A DNA stretch of 64,000 bases, from the NCBI GenBank assembly GCA_035221665.1, contig CM069173.1, forward strand, positions 7,378,001-7,442,000. The letters are read 5' to 3'. The stretch comes from Okamejei kenojei. Taxonomy: Eukaryota. The translations under genes and the position numbers were made by a program. How positions within the stretch are numbered: position 1 is the first letter of the stretch; each line of letters starts with the position of its first letter. Below the pieces are notes generated by a model, which saw nothing but the letters and a program-made list of their open reading frames with translations, had not been told where the DNA came from and made no database searches. Below are positions 13,915 to 28,466 of this stretch, in pieces.

Positions 13915-14970
13915 TTAATCTCGCGTTCTGGCAGGATTGTGAAGTCCTGTGCCAAGGATCAATGTGGCCTCTCCACCTGCACCTCTCTCTACCTGCCAGA
14001 GAAGGCATCTCGGTGGGGTGTAGACTTGTTGGCCGTCATCACGAGGTCCTTATTGTGCGCAGGTCAGCAGTTATTATTTTCCGGCGCTCCTTCCTGAAGA
14101 TCACAGTCGTGTTGTAGTCGTCGTTGACGGTCTTGGGCCCCCTCGCTGCAATCCCATAAAAACTGCTCCGTTTGGTTCACCCGTATCGCCTTCACAATGA
14201 TCACGATCGCTACCCTTCCGCCATCTGCTGTGGAAAGTGCAAGAGCCATTATCTGTACTGCCACGACCGCCTGCCTCAGTCTCATAGCAGTCTCTCAGGC
14301 ACCGTCTGGTATTTTAAAGAATATTCCCTTTTATTTCGCATATGAAGTCGGGGAGTTAATTATCTAACGAGAGAGCCGTGTTCTGTAAAGTAAAGAGATA
14401 TTATTACTGAGCCCGTGTGGTGGGATACGACTGGTTCAATTACAAGGTTTTTAATCCCATTGTCCCCTCTTCTCCCTTGGTTCTGCTGTTCAATGCCTCT
14501 TACCTGACTTAAGATACATTTTAGTAGCCTGAATCCCGAATGCCGGAAGGGGTGACGCGGTCAGAACGCGAGGAGAGAAAAACGGCAATGCCAGAAGCTG
14601 CAGAGCAGAAGAGACAATCAAATAATATTTTGGCCTCGTCTCACCATATCTGGCAGCTTCATTCGCCTTTGGCTGGTCTTTGTGATAAGACTTTTCTTCT
14701 GCATTATTGCCGTCACGGGTGGAAAACAGCCGTTCTGGTGTACAATGACTCTCTGTGATGGTTGAGAAGAGTCGGATATATGCTGTTAACTAAGCTGCTT
14801 GTACCCACATCAGTTTTTACTGGGTGGATCAGTCTAAATTCAGAGTACAGTTCATCATCCAGTGATCACATCTACGCGTGGCTCTGCGCTATCATTCGCG
14901 TCTATTTACAAGAACGCGCAAGGACAACGCCTCAGTGGATGCTGCCCATAAACTTAATATTTCAAAGCCG
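13915..14970 (+). pseudogene. GPR139-like GPCR copy 1, exon 2 (frameshifted; pseudogene or assembly error)
   Basis: Acceptor ttccag| at 13914. Recognisable pieces: VNL..VLCQG.CGLSTCT..YL, WFT..F.DR..AICC, LVLLFNA, VGYMLL, FR.QF, all colinear with the intact exon 58946-59877. Confidence 0.75.
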
Positions 14971-16834
14971 ATGAAACTGTCAGCATTAGTAGATACCCGT
15001 TAAAACTATCAGTTTGAATGTAAGCTGCAAGCTGGGGAGAGTGTGGAGATGTTGATGGGTTGGAGAAGGATGAGATTATTAGGAAAATGTGCCAGTATTT
15101 ACTGTATCGGTTTGTTCAAAGTGTGGATAACATAAGAAACATAGATAGAAAACATAGATCAAATAGGTGCTGGGAGAGGAGGCCTATTCGGCCGACCTTA
15201 TTCATTCGCTGATATGCGCTCAATTACTCATACCTTAGCTATATGGTGATTGTGTGGTTGAAAGGAAAGGTAGACGCCAGCACATTCATTAAATGGCCGG
15301 GACGACGGCAGCGTGGACCATGATGGACAGGCCGATTGGCCTAAATTCTGGTCCTGAAAACGTTGAACTTATCAAGACGTGCGAAAATGTCTCAGGTCGT
15401 TTTGAAGCCCAAACATCAATTTTACTGATGGTAGGCGGACTGAACACTTCGTTGCCTTTATTTCCAAGGCCATTTGGGGGAGGGCGGGTGGCGTGCAGGG
15501 GGGAGAGATGCAGGTATCGAGAGCACAGGGCTAAGAAGACATGGGATGACGATGCAGTATGGCCTGTAGATCAGTGTTCACTCATGTCTATGAGTCTTGC
15601 TTTTGTAGTTACCACGAGCCCACTAGCGAATGCACAGGTTAAGACCCTCTCCTGCCTGGCGTTCCCGCATTATCTAGCAACAAACAGTAGTGCTAGATGA
15701 AAGATTTGACCTGCTGCTATGTCGTTAATCAAAGTGTATATTTGATCATGATGTAAGGCTTCCAGTTCATATTTGGACCAGCTCGGCTACTCTCAACACA
15801 ACTCGCTGTAGGTATGTTCCTGTTGCCCGCCGAGGAGTAACCCCAGTGGATTCAAAAAACGCGACTCCTGATCATAGTAGTGTAACGAGACATGGCTTGG
15901 TTTCTCCTCATTTAAGATGTAGACATGACTACAGTTGTGGTGAACATGATGTCAGTTCAGGCTAAGTCTTTGTGATGGCAACTGCGAGTGATGGATGCGG
16001 GAAACCGAGCTTAAAGTATGGATTCCTATGAGACAATGGATAACTGCGTCGAAACGAGATGGACCCCATTGACGAGCTAAGATATACGCTCGGATAACTC
16101 TCAGAAACTGGTAATTGCTTTCCGTATACAATGAAGGTGCCTGATGTGTGGCCGGTTCTATGCGCTTGGTCATAGCTATTCAGATAGAGCTAAGGGTCGT
16201 GTGGAAACTGGCCATTTACGGTCCTACACCACCGTTGCCCGCATGGTACAACATGTCCCAGCATGCACTTGTCCCACCTGCCGACGTTTGGTCCATATCT
16301 CTCCAAAATTGTTATTTTTCCATGCTAGGTACATGCTATCCATGCGTTGGCAAGTTCCCAGTGCCACTGTCGGTGGAGAAGGACATGTCCAGACCGGTAG
16401 GTATCAGGCTTCCTGTTTGTGTTGCTGCTTTTTGCGCTTGGCTGCGTGAAGTGTAGATGAAGTGGGATACGAAGGGGCGGCTGCATGCCAGTATTTGTAT
16501 GATGGTCCTGCTTGTACATCTCGCGAGTTCACATAGTGTGTGGAAATAATCTAATCTCCAGGCCTTTCTCCTACATTCCTTCCAAATCCTAGAATGGAAT
16601 CTATCACGTGGCGATGCTCAAGGGCTTGTGTGAATTAAAGCGTGTGATGAAGAGTTGCTTAATTTCCTTAGTTTGGTTTGTTATAGTCGCATGCAAATAC
16701 ATCTATATTTGACCAATGTTGCAACTGGTCCTTGGGAGACTCCCGTGGCATATAAAGCGCTCGCTCAACATGCGGAGGTATCGACAGTTTCAATTCTCGG
16801 ACGGACACTGCGGAAATACATTTCCTGCAAGAAT

Positions 16835-16908
16835 ATGTGCAAGACATTTCGTACCATATCCAGAAAATATCCTATTTGACCCTTCGCCACGTCATTGGGG
16901 TTCCACAG
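16835..16908 (+). pseudogene. GPR139-like GPCR copy 2, exon 1 (with indels)
   Basis: atgtgcaagacatttcgtaccatatccagaaaatatcctatttgaccctt..gtcattggggttccacag|gtaagatattgcaaat, matching 308-390. Confidence 0.75.
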
Positions 16909-18599
16909 GTAAGATATTGCAAATGCGTATGTTGGTGTGGATTATACTTTACTGGAATATTAGAAGGATGCGATGGGACGCCTTATAGAAGATATAAACG
17001 ACTGTTTTAAGGGAATGGGCAGGTTAGATCGTCTCGGGAAAATGTTCCCGATGTTGAGGACGTACAGAACAGGTCACATTTCAGGAATAAGGGGGCTCGG
17101 CCGATTTAGGACAGTGAGATGAGGAAAAAAGACGTTTTCACCAGAGAGCTGTAAATCTGTGGAAATCACGTTGGCACGGGATTGTCACCTGGCACAGCGG
17201 AAGCCAATTCACTCCGCATGGTTTTCAACGGGAGAGTTAGATTAATAGCTCTTCGGGCTAACTGACTTCGAGGGAGTTATGGGGCGAAAGCAGGACCTCG
17301 GGGCGTGGTACTGATTTTGGATTGATCAGCCCATGTCTTATTGAATGGCGGTGCATATCGAAACTCGCCCCGGAATGGCTTCTCCTGCACACTAATGTTT
17401 CTTTGTGTTTCTGATTTTTAGACTTATGTTATGAACTAACTGTCGCTCAGAGAACCCTGCTGAGAGTTTGCTAACGCGTCTCTTTTAGAATCAATTGTGA
17501 GTTTTTGAATCGCGGGTCAAGTTTGCCAATTATGCCCCACTCACTGTTTTTTCTATCGTAGGGGGTGAAAAGTCAGTCAAATCTGTCGCATATATTTCAG
17601 AGTGATCGAATGCGTATAGAAGACGATTTGAATATGGAAATTACCGCATTGCGATCAGTGCCTTAGTTTATTTTAGCTTGGTTTTTAGAGTTTGCAGCTT
17701 TAGACGTAACTACAGCGCACGGAAACAAGCCATTCAGCCCCCCGAGTCCGCACCGATCACTGCACTGGATCCTCGCACACTCTTCTCCAACAGTATATCG
17801 GGACGGGTTTTCATTTATGTAGAGCCAAGGCCCGAGAGATGAAACATGAGTACGCCTGTATCGAGGCCTCGTGCGGGAGGAAAACGAAGATCTCGTGAGA
17901 AAAACCATGGAACGGTAATGGGTAGAGCACGTACAAACTCCGTACCAGACAGGCATCATACCGTAGTCAGCATCCAAACCCCAGTGGCCTTGGCGATTGT
18001 AAGCCCAGTCGCACTCTTACCGCTGGCACGCCACACCGTGGTTATAACGAGCTTGAGAATTAGTTTTTAGAGAAGACCAGAGGTCACCCGGTCAGTAAGC
18101 GGTCGGCGGTGTTGGTTTGACGCAGCGGCTGTTGTTGTGCGGTCTCATTGGTGATTCAGTTTGGTGGTTTAGGACATGCCCAGGGTGTAAGTAACCCACA
18201 CGTGAGATATTCACACCACTTTGATTATCGCTGACACATTGTAGCGTGACTCAGATAACGAAAGCTCGGCCCAAGAAGAAGACTTTTGCCTCGTGGATGG
18301 TAGGCGGTCGTAGTCGGGTCTCAGCATGAGGAGTGCTCCATCCACATTCGCCGGTGCGCGCGTATCTTGTAGGCAGCGGGGTGATTTGGCGGCTAGAGGA
18401 AATAACTATCAGTCTGGGGACAGCAAAGGAAACGCTAGATGGAGGAGCTGTAAGAGTATTTCCTTGTAATTGTAATATGTGATAGTGTAACCCGGTCTAT
18501 TATGCAGGTGAGTATTTGTGATGTTAATAAGGACGCTTGGATAAGTTGCAGATAGGATGCAGGAATGTTAGCATTTGAATGTAATGAATAAATTAATTC

Positions 18600-20170
18600 G
18601 TTTATTGGGCCATGTATGTTCACCATACAAGATATTTGCCTTGGGTGCATCCACTTCCGCCCAGTGAATCCAACACACGACCTCCTAACAGCTAACACAT
18701 TTAGGATCAAAACATGAAACACATTCTCAAATATTAAGGAACTTAAATATTATGGTTTTAAAACATGGCGCATGCAGAATAAAGTACCAAAGCTACAATG
18801 AGCGGGGCCTTAGAGTTCGCGTTATGGCATCTAGAGCTACTGCCTTGTGCGGAAAAAAAGCTGTTTTTATTGGTCTGTCTGTCGCGGAGCTTCAAATGTC
18901 CAGAGTCGCCTTCAGAGGGAACTAGTGATGCGCCAAAGAGTTTGTGGGCCAGGGTGATGGAGGGGGCAGAGATGAGGCTTACCCGCTGGCTTCCTGGCCC
19001 TTGCAGTGTACAGTTGTCAATCAGTGGGGGGAAAGGGTTGCCAGCCAACACAACACCTCAGCTGTATGGAAAAGATTTGCCCCCCCCCACACGGGATGCT
19101 TGGTGGCTGTGCAACCAGCCATGATGGAGACGGTGATCGGAAGACTGTCTACGATGACCGTGTAGAATCTGGACCAGTTCATTGCCTGTGTGTTCACAAC
19201 TTGTGTTTCCTCTTTGCCGCAGCGAAGTACATCCATATGTTTTAGCCTTTTTTGACTGCGGAGTCGGTGGTCCCCCCCCTCCCCCCCCCCCCAGAGATTA
19301 AGGTCTTGGACGATGACGTTCACAAGGAACGCGAAAATACGTGACCGGTGGGCTTTGTTTGACGATGACGCCGTGGGGGGAAGGAGAAGGGGAGACTCAT
19401 CCATGGAGTCTACCATGAAAATCTCACTGTTATTGAAGGAGCATTGAACTCCGGAGGTTTGTTACGATGCACCAGGAGGCTCCAGCTATGTCACACTCTG
19501 TCTTAGAGGATATTCCTCCCCATCCTGGATAAGAGTGCTCTCTCACGAGTTGTGTTGTCCTCCAACATTGGAGAAGCCTTGTCAGAGGAGTCTGTGGAGG
19601 TTGCAGTCCGTTGGTGTATAGAGGGAGATTAGAGAGAGGCGGAGAGTACGCAGGGACTGCGCGGTCGCGGTCCTATGCTGCTAGGGTCCGAGATGTGCTT
19701 TCCCAGACCTCACATCTTGCTGCTTCTCCTGGGTCTGGAAGAGAGTTGGTTGATCAAACTGAACAAAATGGTTCACAGCAACAGTCAGAATCCGGAGAGC
19801 ATTTGGAGGTGTAGTAGTTTGCCACAATGGTGTTGATATGCAGGAGCTCATTAAATTATCACTCAAATAAGATCCTTGCAGAATGTCCCCTGGCAGTATA
19901 GTGTGTTGAAGATTAAAATGCAAGCCTAGGTTGACTGGTGATCTCACACTGATTCTTGGCCCAGAGTATGCAAAACTGCAGGGGGTTCGCAGGGGGTTGC
20001 GAGTATCTGTCAGCAGGGGCGGGGCACAAGCACTTTCAATTATCTGTCATGGAGTAGAGATGTCAGTGTCGACAGGGCTCGGAGCTCATTCAACCCAGAG
20101 TTAATCCTTGTATTTTGCGGCTACGGGAGACTTTGAAAACAGGGGACCAAATTCGAACTTTATACGGAAA
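18600..20170 (-). mobile_element. Rex1/Babar-like LINE fragment (longer paralogous copy)
   Basis: Homologous to 1780-2278 plus 3646-3712 and extends about 0.95 kb further into RT (ORF 19021-19416 includes ..RFYTVIVDSL..). Confidence 0.65.
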
Positions 20171-21007
20171 TTGGTCACGTCCCTATTGTCTTTCACAAAA
20201 GACGGGATGATTATGAAGGTACATTTCAACAAGGGCTAGATGGTGATAATGGCATCAAATATACAATAGATGCAGGGAAGTAGACCAGATTGGCCCAGCA
20301 CCGCACTCCCAATTCCACTGGTGATCATTGCTCACGATGGCTGATCATCCACACAATCAGTGCCCCGTTGTGCCAGATCTCCAATTGACTCCGCTATCTC
20401 TTTAAGAGGCTCTATCTAACGCTCTTTGAGAAGCATTCAGAGAACCGGCCTCCCTATGCCTTCTGAGGCAGCGAATCTAACTGATTCGCAACTTTTCTGA
20501 GTAGATAACGTTTTTCCTCTATATCGTTCCCTAAATGTCCCAACCTCTTATGTGTAAAACTTGTGGCCCCTGAGATCTGAGGTAAGATGTTTCTAGCCGT
20601 TGGTGAGAGCGACGAACGAGCGACTCAGCACAGGTACACACAAATAAGCGGGCTGGTACAGTTTAAATACCGAAAAGAGCGTAGCTATGTTATTCTCTCT
20701 CGAAGGGTGAGTTGCAGACATAAGCGGGAAATGGTCCCTCCCCTCTTACTCTGCCTATACCCAGAATGCCATGCCCATTTTCAATGCTCTGTGTAAATTA
20801 CCCAAGGTTCCCCACTTTTTTCGTTTATCCTTTGTATGTTAATATCTTGTCCAGTGTTCGCGGCATACATTTTGCATAATGATGTAAATTCATTTTGCAA
20901 CCATACGTTCCCTTCACGTTATACATTGCAACCACACTCTCTTCCCTTCGCTATCAAAACATTGCGCTATGCTTTATCCTGCCTTATCACCCTTTAGTAT
21001 CTTCCAG

Positions 21008-22130
21008 CTTAATCTATCTCTGGCGATTATTGTTAGTCCTGTGCCAAGGAAAATGGTCGCCTCTCCACCGTGCACTTCTCAGATCTATCCTGCTCGCCCG
21101 ATCTGGTAGGCGGCAGACTTGATAGGTGTATATCAGCTGAGGTCTTATCTGTGGCAGAGCCGTCAGCGGTTATTATTTTCCACCGGCGCTCCTTGCACCT
21201 GAAGACACAGATCGTGTGCGTAGCGCCTACGTCTGACTGTCCTTGGTTCCAGTTCAGCCATAAACTGCTCCGTGTTGGTTCACCGTCGCCTTCACATTCG
21301 ATCGCCACACATCGCCATTCTTTGTTTTCTGGGGCTGTGGAAAGCTGAAGAGAACATATTGTACTGCATCAACACGGCCCACGCATCGCTTGCAAGTTCT
21401 AGCAATCATCGGGCATCGCGCCTTCAACTTTAAAGGAATTTTCCCTATCTATTTAGCATCATGAATCGCGTTGGGGAGTTAATTAATAACGTTTCCGTTG
21501 GTTTCACTGTAAAGTAAAGCCAGACTATTATACTGCTAGCCCGTCGCGCTGGCGTGGCGATACGTCTGCGTTCATTACAAGCTTTGTAACTCACACATTT
21601 CCTCCACTCTTCTCTTTGGTTCTGATATGTTCAATGCTCATAACGATTAAATACATTCGTTATCTCTAGCCAACCGAATCCGGAAGAGGATGAGCGGTCA
21701 GAATAGAGGAGCTAAAATGCAATGACCACCAGAGCTGCTGGAGAGCAGAGAAGGACATCAATAATTTTGCTCTTCACCAATATCTGGAAGCTTCATATAT
21801 CTTTTGGTCGGTCCGATGTGATAGAATTCCCCCTGCATTATGAGGTCCACACGGAAACTGGTCGTTTTTGCGGTATACAATGGACTCTCCTGCTGATTGG
21901 TTGAGCATAGTCGGATACAGATATGCTGCTTAACCTAAGCTGCCTGTGTACCAACTCATTTACTTTATGGGGGTGGCTGGCTCAGCTGCATACAATCAGA
22001 GAACAGATCCTTAGAGATCACAAGTGAAATCTCCGTGCGCTTTGTATCTCACTTTCCGGGTCATTTACAAACAGAAAAGAACGCTCAAGTGGATTGTCTA
22101 CAATATTTCAAAGCTACGACAAACTCGCTC
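21008..22130 (+). pseudogene. GPR139-like GPCR copy 2, exon 2 (frameshifted)
   Basis: Acceptor cttccag at 21001-21007, then ..VLCQGK..; colinear with 13915-14970 and with the intact exon 2. Confidence 0.75.
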
Positions 22131-23699
22131 ACTTATAATACACGCTTCATACTCTTACTCAGATTTAATGTAAGCAGCAAAGCATGGGGAGGAGGGGAAA
22201 GTGGAGTGTTGACTGGACCTCGCGGGGAGAAAGATGAGGACGTATTAGAATTGTTGATCCAGTATTTAACTGTACGATTGTAATTCCCTGTGTAAGCAAG
22301 AGAGAACTGCAGATGCCGGAAATCTCGAAGGCGCAGATAAAAGTTGGTGGAGATACTCAGCCGGTGAGGCAGCATCTATGGGGCGAAGGGGTCACATGCA
22401 CGTTTCCGGGTCGAGATCCCCCTTCTTCAGTATTGATGTCGATTTAATTGTCCCCTCTCGCACAAGTTTACCATGCATGACCTTTCTGATCTAGAGGGGC
22501 CTCCTCCATTGTCTGAGGCAACACCCAAAAAAAAAATGTAGGAACAGCCGAGTCGCACTATTTCACGCTTGGGCAGCTTACAATCAGTGGTGACCCATTG
22601 CATTATTGATTTATCTTATCCAACCGTAAAAAAAGAGGGCCAGTTCCCTGCACAGACAATAGGTGCAGGACCAGTGGCACAGATTCTGCCCTCTCCGAGG
22701 CCAAGCACACGCGATTCAATGCAGTCATGGCATGATCATCCCTCCAATCCGTACCCCGTTTCTTGCCTTTTCCCCATATCCTCTTTGAAGAGCCCTGATA
22801 TAGCTACTATTGACAATCTCTCTATTGAAAAGACCACCTCACTATCTTACATCCCATCTCCCACCAATAGTCACGCTCAGCTTGTCAAAATTCGTCTTGT
22901 TGAGTCTCTCATGCGTATGTATCGTTCGCCTATCCAACAAAAAGGGCTAACACAATTGACATTGCTTTTGCTTATATATCCGTTACTTTTTTTCGCATAT
23001 TTCTTCATTCATTTTCTTCTATACCTCATCACTGATCACCGTCAAGAATTCTATCACGGTTACCTTTCACCATGCACGCTCAGTCTGTAATAAGGTCCAC
23101 TCGACCCGAAAACACATCACCTTGTTGCGGCACCTAGTGGTGGGCTGGGATGTCAGGCAAGCCTCGTCATTGTTTAGCCGCTTGTGACGCGGGGGTTACG
23201 TTCGCGGGCCTTTGGTTAGTTCACAGACTCCTCCAGCTCCAGGAGCCGTGTACTTTAGCTAGAGACTAGGCACAGCGAGGTTTTAAAAATTTCTGTTTTT
23301 TTTGGTTGAAATAAAAAAGACCAGTCTTCACTCATCTCCTGTGGGTTCTCGCTTCAGTGGTGACCCCGAGATGGTCCGCAACCGTTTTTCAGTGGCTGAA
23401 AATGAACCCCGCCAAAAGATCCCACGCCACCCCACGCCCAGCGGTTGGGCGAGCTACAGCCAGAGACAACCGTCACCCGTTTGCTCCCTTACACTTCAGG
23501 AATCTGCCCCGCCCGGTCAATAACGTACGAGGTCCGTACAAAGGCAGCTGCCTGCTTGACGACCTTGGGCCCGTCACAAACGCCGCCGAGATCGCGTGGT
23601 CCGGCTCTACAACATGGATGGGTGCGGTATATGAGCTGAGGTGCTGTCCTGCACTAGAGGCGAAGACCAAGCCGACTAGTGTTTGAGACCTGATTGACA

Positions 23700-25650
23700 G
23701 TTGGCTTTCACTATGAGACCGCAGATGGCACGACAAAACATCCGTCTTGCTCCTCACAGGGTGTGACTTCGCCGAATCCTCCCCGCAAACCTCCGCCGAG
23801 GCGGTGTGGCACGAGCATGACGAGTGACGCACAGTCAATATCTTTCTCAAAAGGCGAGAGGCAAACAATTTGGCGTCGCAGCCACCTGAGTCCAACCACA
23901 AATATCCATTTTGTGCAACTTACCAACTCTGAACTAATCGGCGTAGATGAACTTGAAACAATTGGGACCGCACCTTTCAACCTGACATTCCGTCAAAATA
24001 GCAGTGTTCGTGAACACACAAACTGAGTGCAAATGAATGCGTGTGAAGAAGGATCTCACAAACACATTCGGCACAGCCACCAGAGACAACCTCAAAATCC
24101 CATTTAGAGAAACACAGAAAAATGTAGTTTGTAAAAAAGGCGAGGCAGGCCAAAAAACAATTGCGTCCGCATCGCACCGAGACACCTCTAAAAGTACATT
24201 TCCTACCATGCTGAATACCAAACTAATGAAAAAAGACGAAGCGAGGAGGCCAAAACAACTTAGGGCCGCAGTCAACAGAGACAGATCCTGTAAATGCATT
24301 TCATCCCCCCCCCCCCAAGACAACAAATAATGAAAAAGGCGGTGTAGAGCAACAAGTTGCGGCCCCTCAGCCACTAGAGTACACCCTAATAACATTTAGT
24401 GAACACAAACTCTTTAAAAAAAGGCGAGGCACAAAACTGGTCAGCGGCCGCACAAGCCACCTTGGAGACAAACAGATAAATCCATTTAGTCGTGAAGAAG
24501 AGGACTAGATCATATAATTTGCTTGAGATAAAGCTGTGGAGAGAGCTCAAAACAAAGTGAGGAGCACTCACAGCGCTAACAGACAAAACTGCAAATCATT
24601 TACGTGAACCCAAATAATCAGTTGATAGAAAGAAGGTGAAGGATAAAACACACAATTGGGCCGCAGCCACCCTGGTACAAACCTAAATCCATATAGTGAG
24701 CACACAATCCTCTTGTAAAACATAAAAGGCACCAAGAGAGAATTTGGTCACGCTCAGAGACCCAACCTGACTAGACCTTAAATCATTTAGTGACATAACT
24801 ATAGTTGATCCTAAAACATGTCGAAGGCTGAGACCTGACTCTTGGCCGCAGCCATCAGACAGACCTATAGGATCCAATTTTGTGATCCACCAAAACTAGT
24901 TGTGAAAAAGCAGGGTGCTGAAGACAATTGTGGTCGTGCAGCAACTGTACAAACTGTTTAATCGCCATTTTATGAACACAAACACTTGCAACACGGCGAG
25001 CGCGCTATCTAATTTGGGCTGCAGCACCTGACAAACCTAAATGCATTTTGTGCGATGTACAAAACTCTTGAAAAAGGCGAAGGCAAAATATGGTTTCAAC
25101 CGTAAAGGACATGTTATTAAGTGAACATACAATCTCAAAACTCGTTGAAATACGCTAGAGAAGACAGAATCAATTGGAGACCTCGACTAGCCATATATGA
25201 CAAAAACTCTAGAAAAATTGAGCTGTAGTAGAATGATCAAGATACTTCTTGGAAGAGAAAAAAAGCAGACAGAGTACAAACATCAAATTGGGCCGCAGCC
25301 AACTCTGACAACCTAAACGCATTGAGTTGAAATAATCACAAAGAACTCTTGAAGAAAACGGTGATGGCAACAATTGTGGCCACAGCCAACTGACAGAACA
25401 GTACTCGCTCCATTTTATGAAATCACTAACACTATTCAAAAGAGAGCGCAAACACTGATTGAGCCGCAGGCCATATCACTGACAAACAAAAATTCCTTTG
25501 ACGCAGAAAACACAGAACACTTGATAAAAAGGCGGGATAAACAATTGGGACGCAGCACCTGACAACCATAACTGTCCATTTATGTGATCACTAACATCTT
25601 GAGAAATAGCGAGAGCAAAAACAATATGAGCAGAGCCAACAGAGACCTCG
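23700..25650 (-). repeat. Degraded or noisy reverse-strand array of the ~74-bp satellite
   Basis: Recurrent aaaaaggcgaggcaaacaattgggccgcagcc..ctgacaacc.aaatccattttgtgaacacaaac is the reverse complement of the monomer at 37135-43838. Confidence 0.75.
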
Positions 25651-25689
25651 TAGACCTGAGAAAGAAACTCAAAATAGTAGATGATGTAA

Positions 25690-26100
25690 ACAGATAGCAA
25701 CTTACTCCAGTTCGAAGAAGTTTGAGATCATGTATTTTCATGAGGAGTTTGTACGATTGAGGGATCGCACGTGAAGATACCCGCCTCACGACTAAAAGGC
25801 AACAGGCAGTAACATCGTCAATATGCAGCGGAATGAAAAAACACAGAACACCTCAAAAGGCCAGACCGGCAGGTAACATCAGATAGAGCTCATAAAAGAC
25901 TATCTCGAGATCTACCATTTGGATGTCATTTAAGTCTTTATGCGGGTGGGAGATCGAGAGCGGCACGTAATCCCTCATCGTAATACTGATCTCATAAAAT
26001 AAACGAATCAAACCTTTCGTGAGAAAATAGAGGTAAGTCCTTGTTTAATCCTTATATATTACTTCGGTGTCACACGTGAGTGACTACGTGAAGAATCTTG
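25690..26100 (-). mobile_element. DIRS1-like 3' terminus and ICR
   Basis: Reverse complement of the 11571-11960 structure: inverted arms ~25700-25775 and ~25965-26045, followed by acttcggtgtcacacgtgagtgactacgtgaagaa. Confidence 0.6.
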
Positions 26101-27966
26101 TAAAGCTATTTCTGTAGTTATTTATATGTGTCGTAGAATCAGAATCCGTATCGAACAAGAGAGGCTAAGAAGTAAAAACACATACATTCGAGGAAACAGA
26201 CTAATGAGAGTCTAGAGATCAAAATTATCACACAATTAACTATTTTTAATGTTTAAAGACCTAGATAATAATAACCATCTCCTTATATGTTGGAGGCGGA
26301 AAAGAGATGAGATGTTCCAAGTGATTAGAAAAGATAGAAAGTGACCTTCAGACACACCATTGATCTATAGCAATTATAGTAGAACAAAAAGCAGGTAGAA
26401 GTGAAGTTATAGTTGCTACCAATAACACCGACGTGTCCAAAGCTTGTGATTGCTAGTGTAAACAAGAGTTTCTATTGTGTCAGAACTAATTAGTGTGAAA
26501 TAGTTTGTGCCCTTCTCATACTCCACATACTGCGAACTATGTCGCTAAAATTATGCTCAGAGAGGCATCGTCCCAGCCCCCTTTCGCGCCGCGGAGCTAG
26601 CTGCCACGTCCCCTATAGGTGGAGTGAGATAGATAGAACAATCATCAAGTAGTCTACTCCTAGCTTATAAAGGAAACCAAAAGTCTAGATCTGTTTCATA
26701 CACATTTTGCTAGGTCTGTTTAGAAACTGTAGCTTTTGTGTGTGTGGTTTTTTCCGTGCCTCGCTCATAGACACCCAATAGTAACCGCTTTTTATCGCAT
26801 CTACAAACAGGTGTTAGCTCAGTGTAACTTTAAATTAATTTGTTCTAATGTTTAACAACACGACAAAGTAGGATCCTCATATGCTAATAAGCTCTAGAAC
26901 TAGAGGTTACCTTGCGTGCGTCCAGTTCTCCACTATGTACTCGCTCTTTGGTGCTTGATCATGACTCAGAAGATCTACAAACATAGAACACAAGAACATT
27001 TCGACAGTGTAGAGTCACATGCATACAGATGTACTAAGATATGCCTCTACATTTGTTAAAGTTTCGCACTCTTTGAAGCTACAGAAAGACCAGTGACAAG
27101 ATAAAATAATCGAGACTTATTTCTCATTGGTCAATGTCTTTGTCTAATGTATCAACCCTTCAAATTGGAAGAACAAGTATCTCCATTGTCTAAAAGTAGG
27201 TAAGTACAGAATGCTCACATCCTCTAGAATTCTGGCTGTGATATCTTGGTAGATGGAGAGTGAGATTATGTAGAATATTAAAGAATTCCTTTACATGATT
27301 CTAGATATTAGAATGGATGCGAACCCAATTGATCTCTGATGCAGTCATAAAGCCCTAAAAGTAGGACGACAGAGTAAGCACTGACTGATGCTGTAAAGAT
27401 GAAGATCGAGCAAACTGGTACTTAAAGGTTGCTGAAAATGCAAATATGGCAAGCGAGTTACAAAAACATTTGCAAATATTTACGATATGACAATTGAAGA
27501 GCAACATATTATTGACTCTGTGGGCAAAAGTTACTTCCCTATTTCCTATAATATAGACTGTACAATAATAATTGCTTTTGTGTGCCTATTTGTAGCCATG
27601 AATAAATGCACATAACCTTTCATAGTTTGGTCACGACAATCCCCAGCTCCTGTTCCGTGTCTGGTCCAAAACCTCTGACATAGATTAAACAATACTTCCA
27701 TATATGCATACAATGGTAAATCTCTTTAGTTCTCCGGAATTAGACGTCAAGATCATCACTATCTCAGTTAGGATCATCAAGATCATATATAATGGTATCT
27801 TTAGATCATATCAAAGCATTACCTGGAACTAAAAGGTTGAAGTTTGGCCCTAATTATGGAGACTACCAATCAATCAAGACAGGCAGAATTTAGAGTCTAT
27901 TTTATTCAGGCTAGAGTCTCTGAGATTCAAAAAGCAATCGCGGTGGAATTACTATCTCTCTCTATG

Positions 27967-28466
27967 NNNNNNNNNNNNNNNNNNNNNNNNNNNNNNNNNN
28001 NNNNNNNNNNNNNNNNNNNNNNNNNNNNNNNNNNNNNNNNNNNNNNNNNNNNNNNNNNNNNNNNNNNNNNNNNNNNNNNNNNNNNNNNNNNNNNNNNNNN
28101 NNNNNNNNNNNNNNNNNNNNNNNNNNNNNNNNNNNNNNNNNNNNNNNNNNNNNNNNNNNNNNNNNNNNNNNNNNNNNNNNNNNNNNNNNNNNNNNNNNNN
28201 NNNNNNNNNNNNNNNNNNNNNNNNNNNNNNNNNNNNNNNNNNNNNNNNNNNNNNNNNNNNNNNNNNNNNNNNNNNNNNNNNNNNNNNNNNNNNNNNNNNN
28301 NNNNNNNNNNNNNNNNNNNNNNNNNNNNNNNNNNNNNNNNNNNNNNNNNNNNNNNNNNNNNNNNNNNNNNNNNNNNNNNNNNNNNNNNNNNNNNNNNNNN
28401 NNNNNNNNNNNNNNNNNNNNNNNNNNNNNNNNNNNNNNNNNNNNNNNNNNNNNNNNNNNNNNNNNN
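27967..28466. other. Assembly gap (500 N)
   Basis: Run of exactly 500 N, a fixed-size scaffolding gap. Confidence 0.99.

Larger units (their letters stand above)
16480..22300 (+). repeat. Tandem segmental duplicate of the GPCR unit at ~40-15100
   Basis: Same order of promoter, exon 1, CR1, SINE, unique spacer, Rex1, CR1 and exon 2. Lacks both L1 insertions. Confidence 0.85.
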
